A stretch of DNA of 64,000 bases from Burkholderiales bacterium (GTDB taxonomy: Bacteria > Pseudomonadota > Gammaproteobacteria > Burkholderiales > JAHFRG01), in contig DASPRE010000002.1 in assembly GCA_035624615.1 (NCBI GenBank), forward strand, positions 1,160 to 65,159, written 5' to 3'. Positions 47,102 to 58,290 of the stretch are shown in pieces; the stretch's first letter is position 1, and the number at the start of each line of letters is the position of its first letter. Made by a program: the position numbers and the translations under genes. The notes below the pieces were generated by a model. It saw nothing but the letters and a program-made list of their open reading frames with translations, made no database searches and was not told the DNA's origin.

Positions 47102-48210
47102 TGAACGACGTAAAAGGATTTACTGCTACGGCGCGCGTCTATAATTTCAGTCCCGGGCCGGCAATACTGCCGCAGGAGGTGCTGGAGCGCGCGCGCGAAG
47201 AACTGCTGAATTGGCGCGGCAGCGGCATGTCAGTAATGGAAATGAGCCACCGCGGCAAGGAATTTACATCCATCATCCAGCGCGCCGAAGCAGATGTGCG
47301 CGAGCTGATGCGCATACCGGCCCATTACAAAGTGTTGTTCCTGCAAGGCGGTGCTAGCTTGCAGTTTGCCATGGCCCCCCTCAACCTGTTGTGCGGAAAA
47401 AAATCAGCTGACTATATTTACTCCGGTGAATGGTCGAAGAAGGCGATAGCCGAGGCAAAAACATTCTGCGCGGTGAATATTGCGGCTTCCTCTGAAGACG
47501 CAGGATTTACCTACGCGCCGGCGCAGGACCAGTGGCGGCTTGATGCGAATGCAGCCTACGTGCATTACACGCCCAACGAAACCATAGGCGGGGTGGAGTT
47601 TCACTGGGTACCCGAAACCGGTGACGTTCCGCTGGTGGCCGACATGTCTTCGAACATATTATCGCGCGAGATCGACGTGAGCCGATTCGGACTGATTTAC
47701 GCGGGAGCGCAGAAGAATATTGGGCCTGCCGGGTTGACCATTGTCATCATCCGCGAAGATTTACTGGGGCGGGCGCTACCCGGCATGCCCTCAATGCTGG
47801 ATTATAAGGTTCATGCGGACAATGATTCGATGTACAACACACCGCCTGCCTACGCGATTTACGTTGCCGGGCTCAACTTCCAGTGGCTGAAAAAGAACGG
47901 CGGCATCGCCGCGATGGAAGCGCGCAACATCGAAAAGTCCCGACTGCTTTACGATTTTCTCGACAACAGCCGTTTTTTTCGCAATCCGGTGAGAAAAAAC
48001 GACAGGTCGCGCATGAACATTCCTTTCACACTCAAGAATGCAGCGCTCGAAGAGCAATTTCTGAATCAGGCGAAAGCGAGAGGACTGGTGCATCTCAAAG
48101 GACATCGTTTGGCTGGCGGCATGCGCGCATCCATTTATAATGCGATGCCGGTGGAAGGCGTGCGCGCTTTGGTTGAATTCATGCGTAATTTCGAGATTCA
48201 GTATGGCTGA
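47101..48210 (+). CDS. serC: 3-phosphoserine/phosphohydroxythreonine aminotransferase
   Basis: YNFSPGPAILP N-terminus and GAQKNIGPAGL PLP-Lys motif. The ATG overlaps the gyrA stop (TGATG). Confidence 0.93.
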   Translation: MNDVKGFTATARVYNFSPGPAILPQEVLERAREELLNWRGSGMSVMEMSHRGKEFTSIIQRAEADVRELMRIPAHYKVLFLQGGASLQFAMAPLNLLCGKKSADYIYSGEWSKKAIAEAKTFCAVNIAASSEDAGFTYAPAQDQWRLDANAAYVHYTPNETIGGVEFHWVPETGDVPLVADMSSNILSREIDVSRFGLIYAGAQKNIGPAGLTIVIIREDLLGRALPGMPSMLDYKVHADNDSMYNTPPAYAIYVAGLNFQWLKKNGGIAAMEARNIEKSRLLYDFLDNSRFFRNPVRKNDRSRMNIPFTLKNAALEEQFLNQAKARGLVHLKGHRLAGGMRASIYNAMPVEGVRALVEFMRNFEIQYG

Positions 48211-49387
48211 AACCTATCATGTTCTCACTCTCAACCAGATTTCAGCGCATGGCTTGAAACGTTTCTCGCACAATTATGTCGTGGGCAATCAGGTCGCCGA
48301 GCCGGACGCGATCCTGGTGCGTTCGCACGATATGCACGAGATACCGGTTCCGCCCAAGGTCAAGGCCATAGGCCGCGCCGGCATCGGCACCAATAACATT
48401 CCGGTAAAAAAAATGAGCGAGCGCGGCGTGCCGGTATTTAACGCGCCGGGCGCCAACGCCAATGCCGTGAAAGAGTTGGTGCTGGCGGCGCTTTTGATGG
48501 CAGCGCGCAACCTGGTACCGGCGATGCGTTTCGTGGACGCGCTGCAGGGCGACCAGGAGACCATGAACAAAAAAGTGGAGGAAGGCAAAAAACAATTTTC
48601 CGGAATCGAGTTGCCGCATCGTTCACTGGGAATCATCGGCCTCGGCGCCATTGGCGGCATGGTGGCGGACGCAGCGCTCAAACTCGGCATGCGCGTGGTC
48701 GGTTTTGATCCTGAGATCACTGTAGAAGCGGCCTGGAACGTGCCTTCGCAAGTGAAGAAGGCGCACAGCATCGATGAAGTGCTGAAAAATAGCGATTTCG
48801 TCACTTTGCACGTGCCGCGCTTGGAAGTTACGCGCAACATGATAGACGGCAGGCGCATAAACACCATGCGCCAAGGTGCGGTTCTGCTCAATTTCGCGCG
48901 CGAAGGAGTGGTGGATGAGGACGCGGTGCTGGCCGGGCTGGCCGCGCGGAAAATCAAATATTACATGTGCGATTTTCCCTCGCCCAAGCTCAACGGGCAG
49001 GCAGGTGTGGTAGCGCTGCCGCACCTCGGCGCGTCCACGCAGGAGGCCGAAGATAATTGTGCGGTAATGGTTGTGGATCAAGTGCACGATTATCTTGAGC
49101 ACGGCAACATTCTCAACTCCGTGAATTTCCCAAATGTCGTCATGGAGCGTGAATCCTCATACCGCTTGGGCATTGCCAACGCCAATGTGCCGAACATGGT
49201 GGGGCAAATCTCCACCGCCGTGGCTAAGGCCGGCATCAACATTCATAATATGGTGAACAAATCCAAGGGGGATATGGCGTATACGCTGGTAGATCTGGAC
49301 AGCCCCGCGCCACCTGAACTTATCCAGCAGATTGCCAAAATTTCCGGCGTGCTTTCGGTGCGTTATCTGCCGCTGACGGCTGGATAG
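48203..49387 (+). CDS. serA: D-3-phosphoglycerate dehydrogenase with a C-terminal ACT domain
   Basis: GIIGLGAIGG NAD fold and 2-hydroxyacid dehydrogenase core, with an ACT-like C-terminus. ATG at 48203 overlaps the serC stop by 8 nt. Confidence 0.9.
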   Translation: MAETYHVLTLNQISAHGLKRFSHNYVVGNQVAEPDAILVRSHDMHEIPVPPKVKAIGRAGIGTNNIPVKKMSERGVPVFNAPGANANAVKELVLAALLMAARNLVPAMRFVDALQGDQETMNKKVEEGKKQFSGIELPHRSLGIIGLGAIGGMVADAALKLGMRVVGFDPEITVEAAWNVPSQVKKAHSIDEVLKNSDFVTLHVPRLEVTRNMIDGRRINTMRQGAVLLNFAREGVVDEDAVLAGLAARKIKYYMCDFPSPKLNGQAGVVALPHLGASTQEAEDNCAVMVVDQVHDYLEHGNILNSVNFPNVVMERESSYRLGIANANVPNMVGQISTAVAKAGINIHNMVNKSKGDMAYTLVDLDSPAPPELIQQIAKISGVLSVRYLPLTAG

Positions 49388-49503
49388 TTCTGAATAGCGG
49401 ATGAAAGACGCATACATTTGTTAACGGCATTGCAGATCGTTTTCAATAATGGTGGTTCGCACGATTCGGCTCGGCAGACTCGCAAGTATTTGATTTAAAG
49501 CGA

Positions 49504-49512
49504 TGGTATAAT
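49504..49512 (+). promoter_or_regulatory. Candidate extended -10 element upstream of pheA
   Basis: TGgTATAAT lies 26 nt before the preferred pheA ATG (49538). No good -35 element. Pattern match only. Confidence 0.25.
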
Positions 49513-49537
49513 GGCGAGCCTTATTTATAAGGTCACC

Positions 49538-50602
49538 ATGAGCGACGAGCTTAAAAAACTACGCGCAAGTATCGATGCGCTGGATCGGCAGGTGCTCGAG
49601 CTCATCAATCGCCGCGCCACACACGCCCGTTCCATCGGCCAGCTCAAGAATGGCGCGGTTTACCGTCCCGAGCGAGAAGCGCAGATTTTACGGCGCATAA
49701 AGGAAGCCAACCCCGGTCCGCTCTCTGACGAAACCGTGGCGCGCTTGTTCCGTGAAATCATGTCGGCCTGCCTGGCGCTGGAGAAACCTATGGCCGTTAG
49801 TTACTTGGGACCGCAAGGAACATTTAGCGAAGCGGCCGCGATTAAGCATTTCGGCCACGCCGCGCACTCGATAGCCTGTACTTCGATAGACGAGGTGATG
49901 CAAAAGGTAGAAGCCGGCGAAGTGGATTATGCGGTAACGCCGGTTGAAAATTCCACTGAAGGCGCGGTGGGCAGGACTCTCGATTTGATGCTCGCCACTC
50001 CGCTTAAAATTTGTGGCGAGGTCGTATTGCGCGTGCACCAGCATTTACTGCGCAAATCCAAAGGGCGCAAAAATATCAGGCGGATTTATTCGCACGCGCA
50101 ATCGTTCGCCCAATGCCATGAGTGGTTGAACGTGAATCTTCCGGGCGTTCAGCGAGTGAATGTGGCCAGCAATGCCGAGGCAGCACGTCTTGCCGGCAAG
50201 GATGCGGGAAGTTGTGCAATTGCAGGGGACATGGCGGCGGAACGCTACGGTTTAAACATTTTGAACACTAATATCGAGGACGAGCCGAACAACACCACAC
50301 GTTTCTGGATACTCGGCGCGCATGATGCGGAGCCTTCGGGTAAGGACAAGACATCGCTGGTGATGTCCAGCAAAAATGTTCCAGGAGCGGTGCACCAGTT
50401 GCTTACGCCGCTTGCGCATTATGGGGTGAGCATGAGCAAACTGGAATCACGCCCTTCGCGAACCGGTCTTTGGGAATATGTATTTTTTGTTGACATTGAA
50501 GGGCACCAGCAGCAAGAAAATGTGGCAAAGGCGCTTGCCGAGCTTGGCGAAAAAGCCGCTTTCTTGAAAATCCTTGGCTCGTACCCGGCCGCGGTGCTTT
50601 AA
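49538..50602 (+). CDS. pheA: Bifunctional chorismate mutase / prephenate dehydratase (P-protein)
   Basis: CM helix [20 protein letters not shown], a PDT core and an ACT region with the ESRP motif (LESRPSR). Confidence 0.92.
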   Translation: MSDELKKLRASIDALDRQVLELINRRATHARSIGQLKNGAVYRPEREAQILRRIKEANPGPLSDETVARLFREIMSACLALEKPMAVSYLGPQGTFSEAAAIKHFGHAAHSIACTSIDEVMQKVEAGEVDYAVTPVENSTEGAVGRTLDLMLATPLKICGEVVLRVHQHLLRKSKGRKNIRRIYSHAQSFAQCHEWLNVNLPGVQRVNVASNAEAARLAGKDAGSCAIAGDMAAERYGLNILNTNIEDEPNNTTRFWILGAHDAEPSGKDKTSLVMSSKNVPGAVHQLLTPLAHYGVSMSKLESRPSRTGLWEYVFFVDIEGHQQQENVAKALAELGEKAAFLKILGSYPAAVL

Positions 50603-50630
50603 CCTCGCCTCGGACGGTACCTTGAAGAGA

Positions 50631-51737
50631 ATGGACCACATGGATTTATGTGACCTTGCTCCTCCCTACATCCGTGCCATGGCGGCTTACCAGCCGGGGA
50701 AACCGATTTCCGAACTCGAGCGCGAGCTCGGGCTGAAAGAGATCGTCAAGCTCGCATCCAATGAAAATCCGCGCGGTGCTAGCCCCAAGGCGCTCGCTGC
50801 GATTCGCGAAGCGTTATCTGACATCGCGCGCTACCCAGACGGCAGTGGATATGCCCTGAAACATGCCTTGTGCTGCCGGCACAAAGTAAAACCCGAGCAG
50901 ATTGTGCTGGGCAACGGCTCAAACGATGTGCTTGAGCTTGCTGCGCGCGCATTTCTTGCTCCAGGAACGCAGGCGGTCTACTCGCAACACGCGTTTGTGG
51001 TGTACCGCCTGGCGACGCAGGCGTGCGGCGCTCAGGGGGTGGAAGCGACGGCAAAAAATTTCGGTCATGACGTCGATGCGATGCTACAAGCGGTAACGGC
51101 GCAAACGCGCATCGTATTTATCGCCAACCCCAACAATCCTACGGGCACGCTGCTTTCCGCTGCGGAGCTGCTAGATTTTTTGCACCGGCTTTCCAAGCAG
51201 GTATTGGTGATTCTGGACGAGGCCTATAACGAGTATTTGGCGGATGACATGAAAAGTCCCAGCGTCACCTGGCTGAAGGAATTTTCCAATTTGGTTGTTA
51301 CGCGCACTTTTTCCAAAGCTTATGGTCTGGCGGGGCTGCGCGTGGGCTATGCACTGGCGCATCCGCAAGTAGCCGACCTGATGAACCGTGTGCGCCAGCC
51401 ATTCAATGTTAACAGTATCTCCCAAGCCGCCGCGGTCGCGGCGCTCGAGGATCACGATTTTGTCAAGCAGAGCTACGAGCTCAACCGTCAAGGCATGAAG
51501 CAAATTACGCAAAGCTTTAAGCGCCTGGGAATCCGCTTTATTCCGTCTTACGGAAATTTCGTGTGCTTCCACGTGGGTGACGCCCATGCCTTGTATCAGC
51601 GCCTATTGGAGCGCGGAATAATTGTTCGTCCCATCGCTGATTATGGAATGTCGGAGTGGTTGCGGGTAACCATCGGCCTGGCCGAAGAGAACGAAAAATT
51701 CCTCACGACCCTTGAGACAATTCGCGAAGCGGCGTGA
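50631..51737 (+). CDS. hisC: Histidinol-phosphate / aromatic aminotransferase
   Basis: [10 protein letters not shown] motif, DEAYNEY, and the [16 protein letters not shown]-Lys motif. Confidence 0.9.
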   Translation: MDHMDLCDLAPPYIRAMAAYQPGKPISELERELGLKEIVKLASNENPRGASPKALAAIREALSDIARYPDGSGYALKHALCCRHKVKPEQIVLGNGSNDVLELAARAFLAPGTQAVYSQHAFVVYRLATQACGAQGVEATAKNFGHDVDAMLQAVTAQTRIVFIANPNNPTGTLLSAAELLDFLHRLSKQVLVILDEAYNEYLADDMKSPSVTWLKEFSNLVVTRTFSKAYGLAGLRVGYALAHPQVADLMNRVRQPFNVNSISQAAAVAALEDHDFVKQSYELNRQGMKQITQSFKRLGIRFIPSYGNFVCFHVGDAHALYQRLLERGIIVRPIADYGMSEWLRVTIGLAEENEKFLTTLETIREAA

Positions 51738-51738
51738 A

Positions 51739-52614
51739 ATGGCAAGACGGTCACTAGACAAGCTGGTGATTTTCGGCGTCGGACTGATCGGCGGCTCATT
51801 TGCTTTGGCAGTGAAACGCGCCGGCCTAGCAAAGCACGTGGTCGGCGTCGGACGGAGCCGCGCCAACATGGAAAAAGCACTGCGCCTAGGCGTGATTGAT
51901 GAACTCGCTGAACATACGGCTGGAGCGCTGCGTGGCGCCGATCTGATCTTGTTGGCGCTGCCGGTTGGGCAAATGCGCCGGGTGATGCGCGCGATTGCGC
52001 CGTATTTGGAGACCCATACTGTTGTCACCGATGCCGGAAGCACCAAGCAGGATGTAGTGGCCATTGCGCGAGAATGCCTGGCGGTACATTTGAAGCGCTT
52101 TGTTCCAGCCCACCCGGTCGCCGGAGCGGAATTGAGCGGAGTGGGCGCGGCCAGCGCCGATCTTTTTGTTAACAAGAATCTGGTGTTGACGCCCCTTGCG
52201 CAGACCGACAAGAGAGTATTAAAGCAGGTCAAAGACTTGTGGGAGGCATGCGGTGCCAGGGTGAGCGAAATGACGCCACGGCAGCACGATGAAATCTTTG
52301 CTGCGGTCAGCCATTTGCCGCATTTGCTTGCCTACGCGCTGATGGACGTAATCGCATCGAAACCCAACGCTGCCAAGTTGTTAAATTACGCGGCAAGCGG
52401 CTTCCGCGATTTTACTCGCATTGCCGGAAGCTCCCCGGAAATGTGGCGTGACATCGCTCTAGCGAACCGAACTACACTGCTCAACCAACTTTCAGTGTAT
52501 CAAAAGCAATTGAAGCGCATCGCCGACCTGATTAGAAAAAGCGACGGTGCCGCGCTGGAAAACATCTTCACCCGCGCGCGTAACGCGCGCGCGAAGTGGT
52601 TGCTGGACAAATAA
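51739..52614 (+). CDS. tyrA: Prephenate/arogenate (cyclohexadienyl) dehydrogenase
   Basis: VIFGVGLIGGS NAD fold and HPVAG catalytic-His context. The ATG is 1 nt after the hisC stop. Confidence 0.88.
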   Translation: MARRSLDKLVIFGVGLIGGSFALAVKRAGLAKHVVGVGRSRANMEKALRLGVIDELAEHTAGALRGADLILLALPVGQMRRVMRAIAPYLETHTVVTDAGSTKQDVVAIARECLAVHLKRFVPAHPVAGAELSGVGAASADLFVNKNLVLTPLAQTDKRVLKQVKDLWEACGARVSEMTPRQHDEIFAAVSHLPHLLAYALMDVIASKPNAAKLLNYAASGFRDFTRIAGSSPEMWRDIALANRTTLLNQLSVYQKQLKRIADLIRKSDGAALENIFTRARNARAKWLLDK

Positions 52615-52618
52615 AAAG

Positions 52619-53929
52619 ATGTCTCTTGATTTTCGAGTCGAACCGGGCGGCGTGCTTTCAGGCAGGCTGCGCGCACCGGGAGATAAATCCATTTCCCACC
52701 GGGCCATCATGCTTGGCTCCATCGCCGAAGGCGTGAGCGAAATCAGCGGATTTCTCGAAGCCGAAGATACGCTTGCCACGGTGAATGCAATGCGCGCCAT
52801 GGGAGTGCGCATCGAAGGCCCGACAAAGGGTAAAGTCCAGGTTAGCGGCGCAGGTCTGCGCGGCCTGAGAAACCCGAAAAAAGTGCTGGATTGCGGCAAC
52901 TCGGGCACATCGATGCGATTGCTATGTGGCTTGCTCGCCGGCCAGTCCTTCAATTGCGAATTGACCGGAGACGACAGCTTGCGCAAGCGGCCAATGGAAC
53001 GCATTACAGCCCCTTTGCGTGAAATGGGGGCGGATATCATCACCGCGAAGAACGGCACTGCGCCGCTCAAGCTGCGAGGCGTCTCCGAATTGAGCGGTAT
53101 CAATTACCTAATGCCGGTGGCGAGCGCCCAAGTGAAATCGGCGCTGTTGCTTGCCGGCCTTTATGCCAAAGGCCGCACTTGCGTCACCGAGCCTGCGCCC
53201 GCTCGGGATCACACTGAGCGCATGCTGCAAGGATTCGGTTACACGGTGCACCGCGCCGGCAGCACCATTTGCATCGACGGCGGCGGGAAACTGAAAGGAA
53301 CGAACATCGATGTACCTGGCGATATTTCTTCAGCAGCATTTTTTATGGTCGGCGCAAGCATCGCGCCGGGATCGGATATCACGCTTACCCATGTCGGGGT
53401 TAATCCCACGCGCACCGGAGTGATCGAAATTTTGCGCTTGATGGGGGCGGACATTACTCTGTTTAATCACCGTAACGTTGCCGGCGAAGCGGTGGCGGAT
53501 GTGCGAGTGCGCTATTCGCACCTCAAAGGCATTGTGATTCCACGCGGATTGGTGCCGCTCGCGATAGACGAATTCCCAGTTTTGTTTGTTGCAGCAGCCA
53601 GTGCCGAAGGGGAAACGGTGCTTGCCGGGGCCGAGGAGTTGAGGATTAAGGAAAGCGACCGAATCCAGGTGATGACGGAGGGTCTACGTAAAATGGGCGC
53701 TGCCGCGCAGCCTGCTCCAGACGGTATGCGAATCCGGGGTGGTGCCTATTCCGGTGGGGAGATTGAAAGCCACGGTGACCATCGCGTGGCTATGGCATTT
53801 GCGATAGCCGCTTTGCGCGCCGCAAGCCCCGTCACCATCCATGATTGCGCCAACGTGGCGACTTCTTTTCCCGGCTTCCCCGTACTGGCGCGAAGTGCCG
53901 GACTCAGAATCAGCGAGGTGCAGGGGTGA
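52619..53929 (+). CDS. aroA: 3-phosphoshikimate 1-carboxyvinyltransferase (EPSP synthase)
   Basis: Motifs LRAPGDKSISHRA, GNSGTSMRLL, LRKRPMERI and HGDHRVAMAF. Confidence 0.95.
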   Translation: MSLDFRVEPGGVLSGRLRAPGDKSISHRAIMLGSIAEGVSEISGFLEAEDTLATVNAMRAMGVRIEGPTKGKVQVSGAGLRGLRNPKKVLDCGNSGTSMRLLCGLLAGQSFNCELTGDDSLRKRPMERITAPLREMGADIITAKNGTAPLKLRGVSELSGINYLMPVASAQVKSALLLAGLYAKGRTCVTEPAPARDHTERMLQGFGYTVHRAGSTICIDGGGKLKGTNIDVPGDISSAAFFMVGASIAPGSDITLTHVGVNPTRTGVIEILRLMGADITLFNHRNVAGEAVADVRVRYSHLKGIVIPRGLVPLAIDEFPVLFVAAASAEGETVLAGAEELRIKESDRIQVMTEGLRKMGAAAQPAPDGMRIRGGAYSGGEIESHGDHRVAMAFAIAALRAASPVTIHDCANVATSFPGFPVLARSAGLRISEVQG

Positions 53930-54600
53930 GAGATGAGGCGAACAAACCGCCGGTAGTTGCTATCGACGGGCCATCGGCCTCAGGAAAGGGCACGGTGGCG
54001 CAGCGGGTGGCGCGCGAGTTGGGATTTCACTGTCTGGACAGCGGTACGCTTTATCGTCTCGTTGCGTTAACTGCGCAAAAGCGGGGCGTGGCGCTGGATG
54101 ACGAAACAGCGCTAGCCGCGCTGGCGCAGGGTCTCCAGGCGCAGTTTCAAGGCGAAGAGGTCCTGATGGACGGCGTGCGCGTTACCGATCAAATCCGTTC
54201 CGAAACTTGTGCTGCAGATGCTTCCAAGGTTGCCGCATTTCCTAAAGTGAGGCTGGCGCTGCTCGGCAAGCAGCGCGCATTCCGCAAACCTCCGGGCTTG
54301 GTTGCTGAAGGCCGTGATATGAGCTCTACTGTGTTTCCCGACGCAAGACTTAAGGTATTTCTCACAGCGAGCCCCGAAGCGCGTGCCGCGCGCAGATATA
54401 AACAGTTGATCGAAAAAGGAATGTGTGCTAGCATTTCAACCCTTTTGCAAGAGATTAAAGAACGCGACGCGCGTGACAGCGAGCGCCCAGTTGCTCCCTT
54501 GCGACGAAATGCCGGTGCAGGTCTTCTAGATAGCACCGCGCTTAGCGTAGAGGAAGTAGTTGCCGAGGTTGTCGCAAGATATCGTGCTCTCTTATTGTAA
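53926..54600 (+). CDS. cmk: Cytidylate kinase
   Basis: VVAIDGPSASGKGT P-loop. The GTG start overlaps the aroA stop (GTGA). Confidence 0.9.
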   Translation: MRDEANKPPVVAIDGPSASGKGTVAQRVARELGFHCLDSGTLYRLVALTAQKRGVALDDETALAALAQGLQAQFQGEEVLMDGVRVTDQIRSETCAADASKVAAFPKVRLALLGKQRAFRKPPGLVAEGRDMSSTVFPDARLKVFLTASPEARAARRYKQLIEKGMCASISTLLQEIKERDARDSERPVAPLRRNAGAGLLDSTALSVEEVVAEVVARYRALLL

Positions 54601-54685
54601 GTTTGTGAGTGCTTGAGGTTTGCCAAAACTTTAGGCTGTTTTTAACCAACCCCCGTCGTCACGACGGTTTGCAGGTGTTAGTTTA

Positions 54686-56404
54686 ATGATGATTAATGCT
54701 TCCCCGGCTTCAGAAAGCTCTGAAAATTTCGCCACGTTATTTGAAGAAAGCCTGTCCCGCCAAGAAATGCGCGTGGGCGAGGTGATTACCGCCGAAGTTA
54801 TTCGCGTCGACATGAATTATGTAGTTGTTAATGCCGGTCTTAAATCCGAAAGTTTCATTCCGGTAGCGGAATTCCAGAACGATAAGGGCGAAGTCGAGGT
54901 TAAGGCCGGTGATTTTGTGGAAGTCGCTATTGAAGCGTTGGAAGACGGTTATGGCGAAACCCGGTTATCGCGCGAAAAAGCCAAACGGCTTGCAGCTTGG
55001 CACCAGCTTGAGGTGGCTCTTGAGAAAGGGACTCTGGTGCAAGGACTGATCAATGGCAAAGTCAAAGGCGGGCTCACGGTCATGGTGAATGGCATCCGTG
55101 CTTTTTTGCCCGGCTCATTGGTGGATATACGACCCGTCAAGGATACGAATCCTTACGAAGGCAAGGAAATGGAATTCAAGGTAATCAAGCTCGACCGCAA
55201 GCGCAACAACGTGGTGGTGTCGCGGCGCGCGGTTCTCGAGGCGAGTCAAGGTGCGGAGCGCCACGCATTTTTGCAAAGCCTGCAGGAAGGCGCAGTGGTC
55301 AAGGGCGTAGTAAAAAATATCACCGATTATGGCGCGTTTGTAGATTTAGGCGGCATTGACGGTCTGCTGCATATCACTGATCTGGCATGGCGCCGCGTCC
55401 GTCATCCTTCCGAAATTCTTTCGGTAGGTGACGAGGTTGAGGCAAAGGTGCTCAAGTTTGACCAGGAAAAAAACCGTGTATCGCTGGGACTGAAGCAACT
55501 GGGCGATGACCCGTGGGTCGGGCTCTCCCGACGCTATCCACAGGGTACGCGGCTGTTCGGCAAAGTGAGCAATCTGACCGATTACGGCGCATTTGTGGAA
55601 ATCGAGCAAGGCATTGAGGGTCTGGTGCATGTGTCGGAGATGGACTGGACCAACAAGAATGTCCATCCAACCCGTGTAGTGCAGCTCGGTGACGAAGTGG
55701 AAGTGATGATTCTGGAAATTGATGAGGAACGCCGCCGTATTTCGCTCGGCATGAAACAGTGCAAGCCCAATCCCTGGGAAGAATTCGCTCTCAATCACAA
55801 AAAGAACGACCGGGTGCGCGGGCAAATCAAGTCCATTACCGATTTCGGAATATTCATCGGTCTACCGGGAGGCATTGACGGGCTGGTGCACTTATCCGAC
55901 CTGTCTTGGACGCAGCCGGGTGAAAATGTGGCGCGCAACTATAAGAAAGGTGACGAAGTTGAAGCGGTTGTGCTGTCCATTGATGTTGAGCGCGAACGTA
56001 TCTCGCTCGGCATCAAGCAACTGGACGGCGACCCGTTTACCAGCTATATCGCCACGCATGACAAAAACAGCATCGTGACCGGAAAGGTAAAATCGATTGA
56101 CGGCAAGGGCGCGGTGATTGCGCTGGATACCGATGTTGAAGGATATTTGCGAGCTACTGAAGTGTCGCGCGATCGTGTTGAAGATATCCGCACCCGTCTA
56201 AAGGAAGGCGATGAGGTGAAGGCGATGATCATCAATATCGACCGCAAGAACCGCAACATCAATCTGTCAATCAAGGCGAAAGATTTGGCTGAAGAATCAG
56301 AAGCAATGTCGAAAGTGGCAACGGAAGGCGCCGCCAATACGGGTACCACCAATCTTGGCGCGCTGCTGAAAGCAAAGCTGGATGTAAAAAATACCGAACA
56401 ATGA
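54686..56404 (+). CDS. rpsA: 30S ribosomal protein S1
   Basis: 572 aa with six S1 repeats (e.g. [26 protein letters not shown]). Confidence 0.96.
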   Translation: MMINASPASESSENFATLFEESLSRQEMRVGEVITAEVIRVDMNYVVVNAGLKSESFIPVAEFQNDKGEVEVKAGDFVEVAIEALEDGYGETRLSREKAKRLAAWHQLEVALEKGTLVQGLINGKVKGGLTVMVNGIRAFLPGSLVDIRPVKDTNPYEGKEMEFKVIKLDRKRNNVVVSRRAVLEASQGAERHAFLQSLQEGAVVKGVVKNITDYGAFVDLGGIDGLLHITDLAWRRVRHPSEILSVGDEVEAKVLKFDQEKNRVSLGLKQLGDDPWVGLSRRYPQGTRLFGKVSNLTDYGAFVEIEQGIEGLVHVSEMDWTNKNVHPTRVVQLGDEVEVMILEIDEERRRISLGMKQCKPNPWEEFALNHKKNDRVRGQIKSITDFGIFIGLPGGIDGLVHLSDLSWTQPGENVARNYKKGDEVEAVVLSIDVERERISLGIKQLDGDPFTSYIATHDKNSIVTGKVKSIDGKGAVIALDTDVEGYLRATEVSRDRVEDIRTRLKEGDEVKAMIINIDRKNRNINLSIKAKDLAEESEAMSKVATEGAANTGTTNLGALLKAKLDVKNTEQ

Positions 56405-56414
56405 AGGAAAGCCC

Positions 56415-56702
56415 ATGACAAAGTCCGAGCTGATCGTAAAATTGGCGGGGCGTTATCCGCAACTGGTGGCGAAGGATGCGGAGCTTGCCGTGAAAATGAT
56501 ATTGGACGCTATGACAAAAAGCCTGTCGCAGGGTAACCGCATCGAGATCAGGGGGTTTGGCAGCTTTGGCCTAAACTACCGCCCGCCGCGCACTGGGCGC
56601 AACCCGAAATCCGGGGAACGAGTGAAAGTTCCGGAGAAATATGTGCCGCATTTCAAGGCTGGCAAGGAACTGCGTGAGCGGGTTGATAGTAATAAAAAGT
56701 AA
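56415..56702 (+). CDS. ihfB: Integration host factor subunit beta
   Basis: MTKSELI... and [10 protein letters not shown]...RTGRNPKTGE-like motifs. 95 aa. Confidence 0.93.
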   Translation: MTKSELIVKLAGRYPQLVAKDAELAVKMILDAMTKSLSQGNRIEIRGFGSFGLNYRPPRTGRNPKSGERVKVPEKYVPHFKAGKELRERVDSNKK

Positions 56703-56724
56703 ATAGCGTTGCTGTTAGCCAATC

Positions 56725-56760
56725 AAAGGCGGCATTGTGCATATGCCGCCTTTGTTGCAT
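56725..56760 (+). terminator. Candidate intrinsic terminator after ihfB
   Basis: Stem AAAGGCGGCAT/ATGCCGCCTTT with a 7-nt loop, followed by GTTGCAT. The U-tract is weak and partly inside the stem. Confidence 0.5.
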
Positions 56761-56781
56761 ATAGGGTTTCGGCGCGAATAT

Positions 56782-57054
56782 ATGCGATACCTGTCGTGGT
56801 TGTTTAAGATTATTTTATTTCTCCTGCTGCTCGGCTTTGCGGTAAAAAATACCGAAACTACGGTAATACATTACTACCTTGGCTACGAATGGCAGGCGCC
56901 GCTGGTTGTGATCCTGCTGGTTTTTTTCTGCGTCGGCGCGGCGATTGGAATCATGGCCTGCATCGGTTATATCTTCAGGCAAAAACGCAAGATGCGATTG
57001 CTAGAGCGTGAGCTTCGCCTGAAAGATCAGGAAAACAGGCAGGCCGCACAATGA
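56782..57054 (+). CDS. lapA: Lipopolysaccharide assembly protein LapA (DUF1049)
   Basis: Two TM helices. Small protein immediately upstream of lapB. ATG at 56782 is chosen because the upstream in-frame ATG lies inside the ihfB terminator hairpin. Confidence 0.8.
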   Translation: MRYLSWLFKIILFLLLLGFAVKNTETTVIHYYLGYEWQAPLVVILLVFFCVGAAIGIMACIGYIFRQKRKMRLLERELRLKDQENRQAAQ

Positions 57055-57114
57055 CGTTCATTATTGCCGACCCGACCTTTCTCTATCCCTCCTTTGTGGG
57101 CATTCAATACTGAA

Positions 57115-58290
57115 ATGGAAATTGAATTCTGGTGGCTGCTCGCATTTCCGCTGTTTTTCGGCCTTGGCTGGATTGCAGCACGCATCGACATCAAACACCT
57201 GCTGTCGGAGTCGCGTGCGCTGCCGATGTCTTATTTCAAGGGGCTGAATTTTTTGCTTAACGAGCAGCCAGATAAGGCGATAGAAGCATTCATAGAAGTG
57301 GTCAAGGTAGATCCGCAAACGGTGGAATTGCATTTTGCCCTAGGCAACCTGTTCCGGCGCCGCGGGGAAGTGGAGCGCGCCATACGCATGCACCAGAACC
57401 TTGTCGAACGCGCCGACTTGGGTCAGGAACAAAAGCTGAACGCCATGTTCGAGCTGGCGAGGGATTATCTCAAGGCAGGATTGCTTGACCGCGCGGAAGA
57501 ATTATTTACCAAGTTGCAAAGCACGCCCCACGCGGAAGCGGCGTCAAAGCATCTTCTGGAAATTTACCAGCAGGAAAAGGATTGGGCAAAAGCAATTGAG
57601 ACTGCTCATGCACTCGGCAAAATTACCAATCAGTCATACCAGAAAGAAGTCGCCAATTTTTACTGCGAACTCGCGGCCAATGAAATCATGCATTCCAGGC
57701 CGCAAAATGCTAGGCCTCACCTGGAAGCGGCGTTGACGACTCACCGAAAATGCGTGCGCGCCAGTATTCTGCTAGGCGACCTGGAAATGCTGGAAAAGCA
57801 GCAAGAAAAAGCCATTGAAGCTTGGAAGCGAATCGAATCACAGGATCCGGCCTATCTTTCGCTAATTGCGGAAAAGCTGCTCAACGCTTACCGTCAACTT
57901 GACAAGATAGATGAAGGCCTGCATTTGCTGCGTGGCTATCTTTCCAATTACCCTTCGCTGGATTTGCTGAATGTAGTTTTTCAGACCACCCTGACGCGTC
58001 AAGGCGCGGAGCCCGCGTATCAGTTAGTGCGTTATGAAATGAAACGCGCCCCTTCTTTGCTTGGTCTGGACAAGCTCCTGGAAGCGCAAATGCTTGAGGC
58101 ACCGCTCGAACGACGTCATGATTTGGAACTGATGAAGAATTTGGTGCACAGCCACACTCGTGGCATGGCCATGTACCGTTGTGAAAATTGCGGATTCCGG
58201 GCGAGGCAGTTCTACTGGCATTGCCCGGCTTGCGGCGGCTGGGAGACCTACCCGCCCCGCAGAACCGAAGAAGACGAGCTGGCGGCATGA
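57115..58290 (+). CDS. lapB: Lipopolysaccharide assembly protein LapB (YciM)
   Basis: N-terminal TM helix, TPR repeats and a C-terminal rubredoxin-like CENCGF...HCPACGGW. Confidence 0.9.
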   Translation: MEIEFWWLLAFPLFFGLGWIAARIDIKHLLSESRALPMSYFKGLNFLLNEQPDKAIEAFIEVVKVDPQTVELHFALGNLFRRRGEVERAIRMHQNLVERADLGQEQKLNAMFELARDYLKAGLLDRAEELFTKLQSTPHAEAASKHLLEIYQQEKDWAKAIETAHALGKITNQSYQKEVANFYCELAANEIMHSRPQNARPHLEAALTTHRKCVRASILLGDLEMLEKQQEKAIEAWKRIESQDPAYLSLIAEKLLNAYRQLDKIDEGLHLLRGYLSNYPSLDLLNVVFQTTLTRQGAEPAYQLVRYEMKRAPSLLGLDKLLEAQMLEAPLERRHDLELMKNLVHSHTRGMAMYRCENCGFRARQFYWHCPACGGWETYPPRRTEEDELAA

